A stretch of DNA of 64,000 nucleotides from the human T2T-CHM13v2.0 reference genome, Homo sapiens. The notes under the pieces were generated by a model, which saw only the letters and a list, made by a program, of their open reading frames with translations, was not told where the DNA came from and ran no database searches. Every line of letters starts with the position of its first letter. Within the stretch, counting starts at the first letter, position 1. The translations under genes and the position numbers were made by a program. Below are positions 13,318 to 29,116 of this stretch, piece by piece. The stretch is from NCBI RefSeq assembly GCF_009914755.1, contig NC_060927.1; one strand, written 5' to 3'.

Positions 13318-14165
13318 ACTTCTGTCCATAGAAATAGAATGAAAGCTTCAAACAGTAGCCACATAGACAATGGGACTTTTTTTGATGGTAGCCACATTAA
13401 AGGAGTTCGAGACCAGGCTGGGCAACATAGCAAAACCCCATCTCTACAAAAAATTTAAAAACTTATCCAGGTATGGTGGCACGTGTCTGTAGTCCCAGCT
13501 ACTCAGGAGGCTAAGGTGGGAGGATCGCATGAGCCAGGGAGGCAGAGGCTGCAGCCATGATCACGACACTGCACTCCAGCCTGGGTGACACTGTGAGACT
13601 CCATTGAAAAAAAAAAAAAACCTGAAGAGAAGCAGGTGAAATTAATCCTAATAGTATATTTTATTATATTTTATTTAACCCAACTAATCAAGAATATTAT
13701 CATTTCAACTTGAAATCAATATAAAAACTTAATGAAGGCAGAGCACAGTGGCTCACGTCAGTCATCCCAGCACGGAGATGGGAGGCCGAGTCAGGTGGAT
13801 TGCTTGAGCCCAGGAGTTTGAGACCAGTCTGGGCAACACCATGAGACCCCATCTCTATGAAAAACACAAAAAATTAGCTGGGCTTGGTGGTGCATGCCTG
13901 TAGTCCCAGCTACTTGGGAGGCTGAGGAGCATCACTTGAGCCCAGGAAGTCAAGGCTACAGTGAGCTATGATGGTGCCACTGCACTCCACCATGAGTGAC
14001 AGATCAAGACCCTGTCTCAAAAAAAAAAACAACAACAAAACAAAAAAAACCCCAAACATCCTATTAATGAGCTATTTCACTTTTTTGTGGGTGCTCAGTT
14101 CTTGAAATCCATGCGTGTTTTATACTCTCAGCACCTCTCGATCCAGCCCCTTGCTGGTCTGACAG
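13318..14165 (+). mobile_element. MER33-like hAT DNA transposon interrupted by two plus-strand Alus (~13400-13620, 5'-truncated; ~13737-14050)
   Basis: tagccacattaaa...caggtgaaattaat...tattatcatttcaac...ttattaatgag is continuous around the Alu sequences and their poly-A tails. Confidence 0.8.
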
Positions 14166-14370
14166 GGCTCCACAGGTCTCCGCCCAGGCCTCCCCAGGGC
14201 TTTGCCAGAAAGGCAGATGCCTCTTCAGCGTTTGCATAGAGCCCAGCAGGGCCACGGAAGTGGCTGTGCCCTGGAGCCTGGGAAGCAGGACACAGCTCCT
14301 GGGACAGCACTGCCATGTCCCAGGCGCAGCCCACAGCAGCCCCTCCTCTGCTCCACCCCCAGCCACGCAC

Positions 14371-14464
14371 CTTTTCATGATGTGCTTGCCCACCTCTGTG
14401 GAGCCTGTGAACCCGATTTTCCTCACATCAGGATGGTCTGAGAGTCTCTGGCCGACCAGGGAGC
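14371..14464 (-). CDS. ALDH1L1: ALDH1L1 exon 17 ([11 protein letters not shown]...[13 protein letters not shown])
   Basis: ccacag|GCTCC ... AAAG|gtgcgt; 94 nt; [11 protein letters not shown](P)-binding motif. Confidence 0.97.
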
Positions 14465-14627
14465 CTGTGGGCGGGAGGGAGGGGGGAATCAGAGTGGTCC
14501 CCCTGGTGCTGGGGAGGCAGGAGCCCACCTCCAGGACTGCACAGGTTCACTGGGGGTCTGAGGCCCTCAAAATGCTCCCCACATGCTTGATCCCCATGGT
14601 GCCTGGGGCTCATGGAGCCTCGCTCCC

Positions 14628-14998
14628 TATTAGGGGCTGAACTGTGTCCCCTAAAATTCAAATGCTGAAACCCTCATCCCCTGTACCTCTGAATGGGACT
14701 GTGTTTGGAGATGTGGCCTTTACATAGGTGATTAAGGCAAAATGAGGTCATTGAGATGGACCCTAATCCAATCTGACTGGTGTCCTTCTAAGAAGAGGAG
14801 ATTTGGGCAATGACCATGCGAGGACATAGAGGGTGGAGAGCCGTCTGCAAGCCCAGGAGAGAGGCTGCAGGAGAAGCTGACGCTGCTGACACCCTGATCT
14901 TGGACTTCCAGCCTCCAGAACTGAGAGATGATAACCATCTGTTTCTGAAGCCCCAGTCTGCGGAGCTTTGACATGGTAGCCCAAGCAAATCAACCCAC
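14628..14998 (+). mobile_element. MaLR LTR (MLT1/MST-like)
   Basis: gggctgaactgtgtcccc...ccctaatccaatctgactggtgtcctt...ttggacttccagcctccagaactgagag. Confidence 0.85.
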
Positions 14999-15329
14999 TC
15001 CCCACATGGCTTTTCACCATCAGGCAGACCCCAAGGTGAGGGCACCAAACCTTCAGCTCTTGCAGGGGCTCGAACAGAGACCCAAGGATGCCTGATCAGG
15101 TCCCCGAGGATGTGGCATCCTAAGCATCATAGACTCCAAAACACCCGCCCTCAGGTGAGCCAGCCACAGAGGCCTTGCCACCTGCTGTTCCTCCCAGGGA
15201 ATGCCGTGATTCCTGCCCCGTCCCACGCCCCCAGCCCCTACTCCGAGCCACGCCCTGCATAAACCCTGTCCCCAATCTGGCTAAGTCCTCTCTGTCCCTC
15301 AGGTCTCCATCTCAACGAGACTTCAGAGT

Positions 15330-16040
15330 GGGCTCCCTGACACTGCCTCCTCCCAGACTCAGCGTAGCTCCCCACTTAAGCCATTATCTTGTTTTGGCTT
15401 CTGACTCTGCACCCTCCTAATTCGACTCTTACTTCTCTGACGGCTCTTTTTCCATCTCCTTTCTCACCTAACCTTAAAATACCCAGCACCTCTGGCTCTG
15501 TACCAGGCCCTCTTCTCTCCTCAGCTTACATTGCGTGCTCAGCTGATCTCACAGGCTTCCAAGGGCCATCTTCAGGTATGTCACCCCCCAACCAAATCGG
15601 CCTCTCCAGCCAAGCTCCTCTGGGATTCAGATCCATTGGTCACTCCTCTGCCTGCTTGGCATCTGCACTTGGATGTCTTCTGGCTTCTCAAATTCAACAT
15701 ATTTGAAACTGAACTCTTAATCGTTCACCTAGACCTGCTCTTCCTCCAGGGTTCTCCATTTCAGTAAACAACTTCTCCTGGCAGCCATTTGGTTCAATCC
15801 AAGAACCCAAGAGTCATTCTTGACACCTCCCTTTTCCATCCCATGACTCGCTCAGTCCAGAGCTCCTGCACCTGTCCAGTCCCTCCATCTTCCACCACTC
15901 CCCTGCCTCCAGGCTTGTAAAATTCACATGCCCAGGCACGCCCATGAAGGTTCCAGTTTGGCAGGTTTGGAATAAGACCCTTGTATCCTCCCTCTATATA
16001 CAGTTAAAGCTCTACCAGTGATTTTGATACTAACTCCATT
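15330..16040 (+). mobile_element. L2 fragment followed by a MER5-like fragment
   Basis: cacttggatgtct...ctcaaattcaacat...aaactgaactctt (L2); aagctctaccagtgattttgat (MER5-like). Confidence 0.55.
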
Positions 16041-16049
16041 CCACCACTC

Positions 16050-17165
16050 CCCATTAAATCACTGTTTTGGGGAGAAAACGTTTGCAAAAGATATATCTGA
16101 CAAAGAACAGGTGTCCAAAATATACAAAGAACTCTCAAAACTCAACAATAAGAAAACAAACAACCACTAAAAACTGGGCAAAAGACAGAAATAGACACAT
16201 CACCAAAGAAGACAGACAGATGGCAAGTAAGCACCTGAAACAGTGCGCAATGTCATTTGTCATTAGAGAATAAAAGACTAAAACAGCAATGAGATACCAC
16301 TGCACAGCTACTAAACAACAAAAATCCACAACACTGATGATGCCAGATGCTGGGATGGATGTGGAGCAACAGGAACTCTCAGTCATTGCTGCGGGAACGC
16401 AAAATGGCACAGCCAGTCGGGAAGACAGTTTAGCAGTCAGTTTAAAAACCAAATGCACTGTTACCATATGATCCAGCAACTGTGCTCCTTGATATTTACC
16501 CGAAGGAGTTGACAACTTACGTCCACACCAAAACCTGCACACGAATGTTTACGGCAGCTTTACTCAGAATTGCCAAAACTTGGAAGTTACCAAGACGTCC
16601 TTCAGAAAGTGGATGGATAAGTAACTGACGTGAATCAGACAAGGGAAATTATTCAGTGCTAACAAGAAATGAGCTATTAAGTCACAAGAAGCCATGGAAG
16701 AACCTCAAATACATATCATAAGTGAAAGAAGCCAAATGAAAAGCCTGCATATGATTGCAATTACATGACATTCTGGAAAAGGCATAACGATGGAGACAAG
16801 AAAAAGATCACTGGTTGCCAGGGATTAGACAGAGGAAGAGATAAAAGGTATAGCACAGCAGTGAAACTACTCTGTGTTACACTCTAATGGTAGATGCAAG
16901 GGATTACACAGTTGTCAAAACCCATGGAATGTACAACCCAAGAGTGACCCCTAAACTACGGACTTCGGGGGATAATGAGGTGTCAATGTAGGTCATTGTT
17001 TGTAACAAACATACTCCTCTGGTGCTGGATATTAGTAGTGGAGGGCTGTGTCTGTGTGGGGGCAGGTGGTGTATAGGGACTCTGTACTTTCTGCTCAATT
17101 TTGCTATCAACCTAAAACTGCTCTAAAATCAAGTCTATTTACTAGTAATAATAATAATAGTAATA
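16050..17165 (+). mobile_element. L1M-type LINE 3' end
   Basis: Degenerate ORF2 C-terminus (KNWAKDRNRHITKED) plus L1 3'UTR and an (AAT)n tail. Confidence 0.85.
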
Positions 17166-17268
17166 AAAATAACAACACTCTCTTAGGCTATTTAAGAAAT
17201 ATTTGCAAAAAGGTATCATATATCAGACCACGAAAATTCTCCATTTTAGAAAACAAAATTTTTACAAG

Positions 17269-17707
17269 CTGTTATGTGTTGGACTGTGCCTCCCCCAACC
17301 ACTCACTAGAAATTCATAGGTCACCATCCTAACCCCCAGTACCTCACAATGTGGCCTTATTTGGGGATGAAGTCAGTACAGGTAAAATTAGTTAAGATGA
17401 GGTCACTGGGGTGGGCCCTGATCCAAAATGACCAGTGTTCTTATAAAAATGGGAGATTTGGGCACAGACACCACATCTTCAGGGAAATGCCGTGTCAAGA
17501 TGAAAGCACAGATCGGGATGATGCTTCTACAAGCTAGGAGGAGGCAAAGAATTAGTCTTCCCTAGAACCTTTTAGACGGAGCATGGCCCTGCTAACACCT
17601 TCCATCCAGACTCGTAGCCTCCAGAGCTGCGCGGCGCTGCCTTGCAGTGGTTTATGCCACTCGGTTTGCAGTGCTTGGTGACAGCAGCCCTGGCAAACTC
17701 ACATACA
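17269..17707 (+). mobile_element. MaLR LTR (MLT1-like)
   Basis: tgttatgtgttggactgtgcctcc...cccagtacctcacaatgtggccttatttgg...gcagccctggcaaactcacataca. Confidence 0.8.
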
Positions 17708-17709
17708 GG

Positions 17710-20460
<2,751 letters not shown>

Positions 20461-20474
20461 ATTTCAGGGCGCGC

Positions 20475-20476
<2 letters not shown>

Positions 20477-20506
<30 letters not shown>
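20477..20506. repeat. (AC)n microsatellite
   Basis: About 15 perfect AC units. Confidence 0.95.
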
Positions 20507-20508
<2 letters not shown>

Positions 20509-20721
20509 GAATACATTCAGCTGGGGCATCTGAAGACGAAAGCCCTTCCAGGTGCAGGTGCTCTCCCCCATGGGAGGGGCCTCCTTTGTCACAGGCTGGC
20601 CCCCGCCTGGGCTCTCCCCAGGCTACTCTGCCCTCACGCCACTATCCAGTAGGGCCTGCTCTGCCCAATGGCATCTCCAGCTGCCAGAAGCCCTAGCCCT
20701 GCCCCCGACAATGGCTCTTAC

Positions 20722-20809
20722 CAGATCCTGGGAGGACGTTAACCACACCTTTGGGAATGCCGGCCTTTAATGTCAGCTCTGCAAACTTCAAGGCTGTGAG
20801 TGGGGTCAC
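20722..20809 (-). CDS. ALDH1L1: ALDH1L1 exon 16 ([10 protein letters not shown]...VLPGS)
   Basis: acccag|GTGACC ... TCTG|gtaaga; 88 nt. Confidence 0.97.
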
Positions 20810-21974
20810 CTGGGTGTGGGGCCAGGAAAGGAGACTGGGTAAGGAGGTTTTTGAAAGTGGGGCTCTGCCTTCCCTCCCCGCCTTCCTCTCCCAGCAGCCC
20901 AGCAGCAAGCTGGGAGGAGTAGCTGCAGATTGTGGCACCAGGAAGACCCCAGGAAAGCCACCAGAGGGGGCCCTGCCTGCCCAGCCGGTGCGCCCACAGC
21001 ACCAGCTGGGAATCAGGGTGGGCCAACATCTGGTGCCCTAGCTTCTCCTCCTGGCAGGGCTCCAGCCGGCCAGGCCTGGGTTCCCTTCTGCACAGCATAA
21101 GTTTCTAAAGCCAGAGGTTAAGGTCTCCTCAGAGGGTTGTGTGTGATGCTTAAATAAGCAAATGTATGTAAATTACTACCTAATTTGTGATACATGTTGA
21201 AATGCTTGAGGCATGCCTGACTCAGGGTAAATACTATCAATGTCAGCCATCATTATTGTTTTTCATTACATCAATGCCCTTGCCGCGAAATTACCCCAAA
21301 GAAGCTGGCGAGTGGGTGCCCTCCTGGGCACACCATCCCTGCCATGTCATGCACCATCCTGGGAGGCAGGCAGCGGGCAGGCTGTCATTGCCAATGTACA
21401 GATGGAGAAACTGAGGCTCACTGGGTGTGTCCTCACTCCCAAGGACCTTCCCAGCATGCCTGGGTGACCCCTGACATCCCGCCTCTACTCCCCCACCTAC
21501 ACCTCTCAGACACCACACTGCGTAGCTTCTGTGTGCAGGGATGGGGACCACGAATCCCACCGCTCACCCTGCTTCTCTCCAGGACTTCTGGTCTTGGAAG
21601 CCACATAAGGGACATGGCACCAGCTTTATGGATAGACTACTCAGGCTGTCTTAGAGCATGGGGCCTGGTTTCTGCCCCATGAATCCAGAGTGCAGAAATC
21701 CCTGCCTCTGCTCACCCGAGCAGCTGCAAGTTCCAGCACAGCCAGATGGCCTCAAGCAGCCATGGCTGAAAAAGAGTCTGCTTTGGAGAGCTCTGCCTGC
21801 CACATACGCCTCTGCCCACTGAGAGTGGGGCCCATGGAGGGCAGCTGGCATTAGCAGGACCCTTCTTCCAGTGCCCGTGTGGCCAAGAGAGGCCCTTCCC
21901 TTCCTCCCTTATAGAGTGAGTTCCTGATCCTCTCTGTGGCCTGCAGGCCCTGTCCAGAGTGAACCCACGCTCAC

Positions 21975-22080
21975 CTGAGCAGGCTTGATCACCACTGTGT
22001 TCCCGGCAGCCAGGCAGGCAGCTGTCTTCCAGGACAGCATCATCAGGGGATAGTTCCAGGGGATGATGATGCCACAAACC
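21975..22080 (-). CDS. ALDH1L1: ALDH1L1 exon 15 ([11 protein letters not shown]...VIKPAQ)
   Basis: tggcag|GGTT ... CAG|gtgagc; 106 nt; PWNYP motif. Confidence 0.97.
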
Positions 22081-23080
22081 CTGCCACACAAAAGAGGTTG
22101 GCCTTTGTCCTTCTTCTCCACCAGGCCCACAGTGGACCTGCCAATTCCCTCCACCTCACCCAGGGCCTGACATCCACTCTCAAAGCCAGGCTTCCTGATA
22201 AGGCACCCAAGGTCCCTCTGAGAGGCAGCTCACACCTGCTGTTTCTGTCCTGGATGCTACAGTAAGAATTGGTCTGGCAGCAGCCCCTCTTCCTAGCAGG
22301 GCAGGATGGCATGGGATACTGGACCATTTCTGATGGAAGCTGTGGAACTGTCTGGGGCACAGGCAATGAGAGAGGGTGATGGCAGGCAGGCACAGGTGAG
22401 GACACAGGCCAGGGTCAGCTAAAGAGGGTCAGGGGTCACCAGGGGTGGGTCAGGAGGGCCTGGAGAGGGTCCTCCAGAGTGTGAGGCCAGGTGTCAATCC
22501 TCAAGAAGAGAAGACAGAGTCAGCAAGGCAGCACTGATGAAGTCAGGGTGCTCTGTGTGAAGCCATGGTGCCCAGTGTCAGTGCCACCCTGGGTTCTAGA
22601 GCGAGCCTCTGGCCAGGCACAGGTGCCTCATACTCAGAGCACCGTGGGCACTGGGGAGGCCGCAGAGTCCCAGGGACCAGCAGGCACACTGGCCGGGTAT
22701 GAATCCTGTGTGGCCCTGCCTTCCCCCCATACAGCACCACTTTGGTTGAGCGCTGGACAGTCAGATGAGGACATCCACACAGAGCCCCGTAGACCACGCA
22801 CAGGCTCCTGTCGCCACCCCACCACCATCACTGGGTGTTTCCCCAAAAGAAAGCTGCTTAGCCAGACACAGGCGGTGGGCAGGACCCGTGTGAGGCATCA
22901 GGGGGGAGCAGCAGGGAGCACTGAGATAGGGGAGCTGCCCCACACCCCCACACACACCCAGGAGATTGGGAGCACAGCACGGGCTGCTGAGTGTTCCCAG
23001 GGAGCAGGTGAAGCCGTCGGTTACAGTGAACGGGGCTGAGGGGAGCTCGGAAAAGAAAACACATCAGAAAAGCCCCACAA

Positions 23081-23528
23081 TTATGTGCTGAATTGTGCCC
23101 CCACTCCCCAATTCGTATGCTGAAGCCCTAATCTCCAGAGTCTAATGGCATGCCCTTGCTTGGAGACCAGATTGCTGTGTTGTAATTAATTAGGATGTGG
23201 TAGCACTGGGGTGGGCGGGCCCCTAATTTAGGAGGAATGCTGTCCTCATACAAAGAACACCACATGGAGAGACAGACTCACAGTGGGAATGCCAAGAGGG
23301 CATGAGGCAGAGACGGGGTCTCCCTGCAAGCCAAGGAAGGCCAGAGGTCACCAGCAGCCACCAGATGCCAGAAGAGAGGTCAGGACAGACCCTCACAGCC
23401 CTCATGTGGAAACAGCTCTGCCCACATCTGACCTCAGATTTCCAGCTCCCAGAACCAGGAGACGAGTTTCCATTGATTAGGCCCTGGATTGGTGGTCTCT
23501 TCTACAGCAGCCCGAACTGACGCCCACA
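23081..23528 (+). mobile_element. MaLR LTR (MLT1-like)
   Basis: tatgtgctgaattgtgccccc...caagccaaggaaggccagag...tgacctcagatttccagctcccagaac. Confidence 0.8.
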
Positions 23529-25334
23529 CTCACTGGTTAGGGGAAAGGCTGAGCCCCGGGACTGGAGTGTGCAGAGCCGGCCCTGGCACGGGGTCAAAGG
23601 AGCAGGGCTGCAGGACCCAAGCCCAGGTGAATCCTCCCTGCCCAGCTGCTGTGAAAACCGACTTTCATTAGCCTTGCTGCCTCTGATTCCTAGTGGGCTT
23701 TCTTAGTGGGAGACTGAGTGGACATCCAGTGAGACAACCACCCCATGGTTCTTAGGCCCGTCCCTCCCTCCCTTGGAGCCATTCTCCTGCTGTGCGGCCC
23801 TGAGCCCCCTCCTCTGCCCTCTGACACTCCTGGGGAGCTGCGTGGACGGTGAGGGTGGAGTTCCTTCTCTCTCTCGGGAGCATGGAGCCTGGGCAGGGGA
23901 CACCAAGCAAGGTTTCTTGGTATCCCCAAGAAATGCTTGGCTCACTAGGGAGCTCGAGTGGCTGTTGGGCCAGGGTGCGGCTGAAGACATGAGGGGAAGG
24001 GGCTCCCCACGAGGCAGCTGCAGCCTCACTGCTGAGGTTGCGGTGGCACTGGCCAGGGGAGGAGATGGGCAGCCCCTTACCCTGGCCAGGCCCTCCTCTG
24101 GCACCGCGTGCAGGCACAGTGAGGGTGGACCCGGGGCTGGGGCTCTCTAGGTCTGATCACTCAGTCATTCTGCAGTATTTATGGGACACTGCAGGTGTGC
24201 TGGGATGATGACAGGCATGGGCACAGGGCAGCATCAGTCTGAATGCTCACACAGAGAATAAAATGAGATTATAGATTAGAGAGGGCAGGCTGGGAGCAGA
24301 GGTCTGACGGATGCATCACAGATGAGAGCTGGAGGACAGCTGGTGAGGGCTGGAGGTGGGACACAGGTGCAAGTGCTCAGTGGGGCATGAGGGTGGAGGG
24401 CCTGGGATCCACGAGGCCAGCACAGCCAACCACAGTGGACTGGGGAGGGGGCCAGGATACCAGGCCCGGATTGCATGGCCAAGCGAGGAGTTTGATTCCA
24501 TGTCAAGGGCACTGGGAAGCCACCCGAGGATTCCGAGTGGAGCAGTGACATGGTCTCTAGTAAATTTCCTAATACAAACATCCAAAAGAGCTGGACTCTG
24601 CTCCTTCTCAGAACCACATACAGAATTCTCCTCTTAGCCCCATTACCCAGGAGGCCCGGCCCTGCATGGCTCCTTCACCTGGCCCTCCTAACTCCTTCAC
24701 AGCATGCTGTGCCCTAGACACCTGATGCTCACCCATCCAAACAACTCAGTGAGGACAGGACTGTTTTATTACCATTTGACAGTTGGGGAGACTGAGTACA
24801 GACAGGCTGGGAGCTTGCCCTAGAAAGGGGAGGAGCTGGGATTCCAACCTTGGGTTCCGGCTCCAGAACATTCCCACTGAGGCGAGGTCCCCTGTGAAGG
24901 TGGGGAGGGGTGAAGCCCAGAGGTCCTGGCGGCCTCCCTGCCAGGCAGAGACCATTAGTTCCAGAATCACGGCCCACCAGGTGCGTGGTCAGCAGTGGCC
25001 CTGCCTGCCTGCCTTTGGGCGAGCCCTGGTCTGTGTGAGCTGCTGGGACCAGGCCCCAGGGCAGGATGTGTTCACACTGGGGTGCTGACCAGGCGCCCAG
25101 AGTCCTGGGTCCAAGGCCAGCCTCACAGGGTGACATAGGGATGCTTCTGGGTGACACAGTGTCCGTTTCCTCCTCAGTCTGATGGGGGTGGACACCCCCC
25201 CACCCCATGCTGGCAGCTGGGAGGGTGGGCAGCCTCAAAGACCCAAGTGTGGCTCTGAACTGTGGCCCCAGGTGGGCCACGACCCGCCCTGCCCTGCCCA
25301 GCCCAGCCCAGCCCAGCCCCTTTCAAAGCACGAC

Positions 25335-25500
25335 AAAGGTCTCTGACCACTGCCCCATAGCAGGGTTTCTTGGCTCCCACACTACTGACATTTGGGGCGG
25401 GGCAGTTCTTTGTTGTGGGGGGCTGTACTCTATCACCCCCTCTGTTGGGACAACCAAAACCATGTGCAGACCTTGCCCGATGTCCTCTGTGGGGACCCTG
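25335..25500 (+). mobile_element. MER20-like DNA transposon fragment
   Basis: actactgacatttggggcggggcagttctttgttgtggggggctgt...gacaaccaaaac. Confidence 0.7.
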
Positions 25501-26586
25501 GAGGCGATGCCTCCACCTGCAGCCTGGCTCCTCTCTAGGGCTCTAAGGGTCCACAGCCCACTTTCCCACAGGAGCCTCCTCCAGCCCATGCTTGAGGAGT
25601 TGGTTGTTCATCTGCATGAGCTGTCAGTGACACAGGGACATTGGAGCACGTTCTCCTTGCAAATACTCCAACATTCAGGTGGAGCTGAGGGGCCTTTGGC
25701 CATGCCCACAGCTGTGAGGTCCCCTACCCTGCAAGGGGCACAGAGCAGGTGGGAATGACTGTGGTGCTCATGCCAGCTGGGCCCTGCTCCCAGGTCACCC
25801 TGGCCAGGCTCTCCTGTGGCACCGCGTGCAGGCGCAGTGAGGGTGGACCCAGGGCTGGGGCTCTCTAGGTCCAGTTGCAGGCGCATCCTCAGTGCAGATC
25901 ATGGATCAGGGCTGCACCAGCACCTGCTGCTCTGGTGTTTGCTGTCACCGGCCAAGCACAGTGGCCATGCACTCTTGGGTAAGCCTCCTCAGGCACGCGT
26001 GTGAGTAACTCACCAGGACTGGGGCCAAATCAGGATGTATGGCCTCGAGAGGTCACTGCCCAGTTTCCTCTAGCAGGGAAAACCCAGAGCCCGGTGGCTG
26101 TGTTCCAAGCCCTTCTCCCCACTCCTGCCCTGGGGCCACTGGGTGGCGAGGTGAGGTGCCTCATGCCAGGTTCATTTCCCGGCGCCTACATGCTTGGCAT
26201 CCAGCGGGGTCCGAACTCCTCCTGCTGAGCGGCTCTCGTCCTCTGCCTGTTCCTCCTTTGTTCTATATTTCCTGTTCCTCAGTGCTGTGCAGGAGTTCCT
26301 CATCTTTATGAACACTGACCACCATACCCATTTTGGACATTTTTTGGGTTTACTCTTGTTTCCCACCCTGGACCTGACTGATCCAGTGTTACTGGGAGAT
26401 TAAATACAATTGTCCTCAAATCCTTACAACAGTGCCTGGCATGGAGCAGGTGCTCAAGAAGCACACGGATGGCTGTTTGATAAATGCACGCACAGGGTGC
26501 TGTGAGCTCCCGCAGGCTGTGCTACAGTTCCGTGTACTGCATGGAAAGCACTGCGAGGCTGCACCTCGCCCTGGGCAGGAACTCAC

Positions 26587-26657
26587 CCAACAGGCTCCTT
26601 CCTGGTCAAGGTCAGGTTGCGGTTGGGTCTGGCCTGGTTGATGGGGATGGTGGAGCC
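26587..26657 (-). CDS. ALDH1L1: ALDH1L1 exon 14 ([23 protein letters not shown])
   Basis: ttccag|GGCTCC ... TTGG|gtgagt; 71 nt. Confidence 0.97.
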
Positions 26658-27747
26658 CTGGAAGAGGAACAGGGGCAGTCACCCAGGGGCCCAGGGTCCA
26701 CACCCCTTCCCCTCTAGGCAGCAAGTCTCCACCAGGGTCTCCAGGAGGAAGTCAAAGCAACCAGCTTAGGTGTGACCTGAGGCTTGAGAGACAGGCAGGG
26801 GGGCAGCCAGAGGGGCAAGGTGTTTGCTCCACTCTGAGCCTGGCAGGCAGAGCCCTTGGGTGGAAGCTGGTCCTGGTACCAGCAAAGCCTCTAGCTTTGA
26901 CATTCGAGCAAGAAAGGGTGAGGGTGGGGGCAGGGCTGGGTGTCCCCCTCCCCACAGCTCTAAGCAGTTGAGCACATGTAGAAGGCCCAGGCCTTGGGGG
27001 GTCCAGCTGCAGCCAGAAGCTACACAGCTGCGGAGTAGGGGCGGGCACCAGGCAGCCCACCTCCCTTGTCGCTGTCATGCCCTGGTGGAGAGGAGGAACC
27101 ATGGAGCCCAGATCTGATCTGGCAGAGACGCCATGAGTCCTGCAGAGGTGGACCTCCCCAGGGAGCCTCTACAAATGGCCCCCAAGTTCCACAACTGATG
27201 GCGGGAGCCTGAAGATATGGTGACACTCCCTCCTGTGAGGTGTTGACTGTCCCTGTTGACCCTAAGGTGGGGACATAGTGCCCATGAGCCCAGAATAACT
27301 GCAGGAGCCCCCAGAAAAGCAGGCAGAAGACAGTGTCACAGGGATCCCAAGCCCGAGAGTGACCTGCTGCCGCTGGGAGATACAGTGCCCTGAGCAGGGA
27401 CCTGCAGCCAGGAAGGACCTGCGGCCTCAGCCCTGCATCCACACGGAATTGAACTCTGTCAACACCAGAACTCGTCTGGATGCAGGTTCTGTCCCAGAGT
27501 CTCCAGATAAGGCCCAGTCCAGCCAGCGCCTTAGCTTTGGCCTTGTGAGACCTTGGCATGGAACCCAGCCCAGCCTGCCTGGAATTCCCACCTGCAGGAC
27601 CACAAGCTAATAAACAGGTGTTGTTCCAAGCCACCAGTTGTGGTCATTTGCTGCGCAGCATGCAGATGACTGTGCTGCCCTTGGAGTTCCCCTATATGGC
27701 TGGGCCAGTCTGCGTGTGCTCACACTGGGTGGGAGCCTGGGCCCCAC

Positions 27748-27898
27748 CTGGATCTTGTCACACCAGCCAGCAAAGTAGCGGAAGGTCTGGATGGACATGC
27801 CCACGTGGGTCTTCAGGGCCAGCGTGTAGACGGCACCCGCATCCAGGGCCTCAATGGTGGCCAGCTCCTCCTGGTGCTGCTCCATGAGATCTGCCAAC
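27748..27898 (-). CDS. ALDH1L1: ALDH1L1 exon 13 ([11 protein letters not shown]...WCDKIQ)
   Basis: gcccag|GTTG ... CAG|gtgggg; 151 nt. Confidence 0.97.
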
Positions 27899-29116
27899 CT
27901 GGCCAGGGTGAGGGGAAGCGGGAGGTGGGCTCAGGCCTGGCACGGCCTCATCTGTCCTCACAAGGCCCTTCTTCAAGGAGCTGGGGTCCTGCCCTCTACC
28001 CCAGTTCTGCCACTCTTAGATGTGCAGACCTCCGTTTCTGATCCATGCAATGGGCCAGCACCGTTTACTCCACCGGATAGCTGTGAGGATGACACCCTCT
28101 GTCCCTCTCTCCTTTCCTGGATCTTCCCTCGCTTCCTTCCTGAAGTATTTGTGGATCCACTACTTTATCCTATTCCTCCGAAATTATCCTGCAGAGGCAT
28201 TCACCCACTTGCTGCAGACAGCGAAGGGGTCGTGGCCCAAGAGGCTGCCCTTCCTGTCTTCGGAAAGCTTGAACCAGGAGAAAGTCCATCTGTCTTTCCA
28301 GCACCAATAAACCAACTGTTCAGTCCAGGATGGTGGGGGCATGCTCCTGAGCCTGGCATCTCCAGAGGTGGAGAGGTGGCCCCATCCCCATCACAGAAGG
28401 GCTGACTAGGGAGCAACGTGGGGGCTGACACGTTTACACAGACTGGCTTCAGCCTGAGCATGCCGAGGTCGGGTTGCCCTCCCTTGATTCTGACGGATGT
28501 GCAGCTGTGGGCAGCCTGGGAGTTATGAGGGTGCCCCTCTCATCCCCTAGGGGGAGGGTGGACAGGGAAAGTGGAGACCACAGGCCCAGAGCAAACTCAG
28601 CCTTGGAGACAGGGCAGCTCGGGCCCAGAGGCAAGTGTGGGACCAAAGCCTGCCAGCCGTTTCCCACACTGCTCCCCTCTGCACCCAGGCACCACGAAGC
28701 CCACATGCACCCCAGGCCTGCTCCGGTCCTCACCTGCCTACACCCACCAGGACCCGTGACAGCTGTCCACGCCACTCAGGATGCATCTGCAACTCTGTGC
28801 CTGGCCAAGCAGCTCCTGGCCATTTCCATTTCATTCTGGGGCCACAAGACCCCAGCTCCTCTGCCTCCCTCCTCCTCCTCACATCGGCTTCTTCCAGGTG
28901 CTCAGGTCAGTCAGGCCTCCTGCCTTGGCTTTTAGGGGCTGTGTTGCATGTCTGGGCCCCCTTTCCACACTCCTGTTTCTCCTCTTTGCCTTCTGTACTT
29001 GTTTCAGACACGGACTCAATGGGAAGCCGACCCAAATCCCCAACCATGTTCTGACTGATCAGAGCTCCCTGTCACATCCTCTGATAGCCTCCTCTGCCTT
29101 TCTTCACTCCCCCACC

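Noticed and set aside
14468-14487. G-run cluster resembling a G-quadruplex
   Set aside because: It is the complement of the C-rich pyrimidine tract of the exon-17 acceptor
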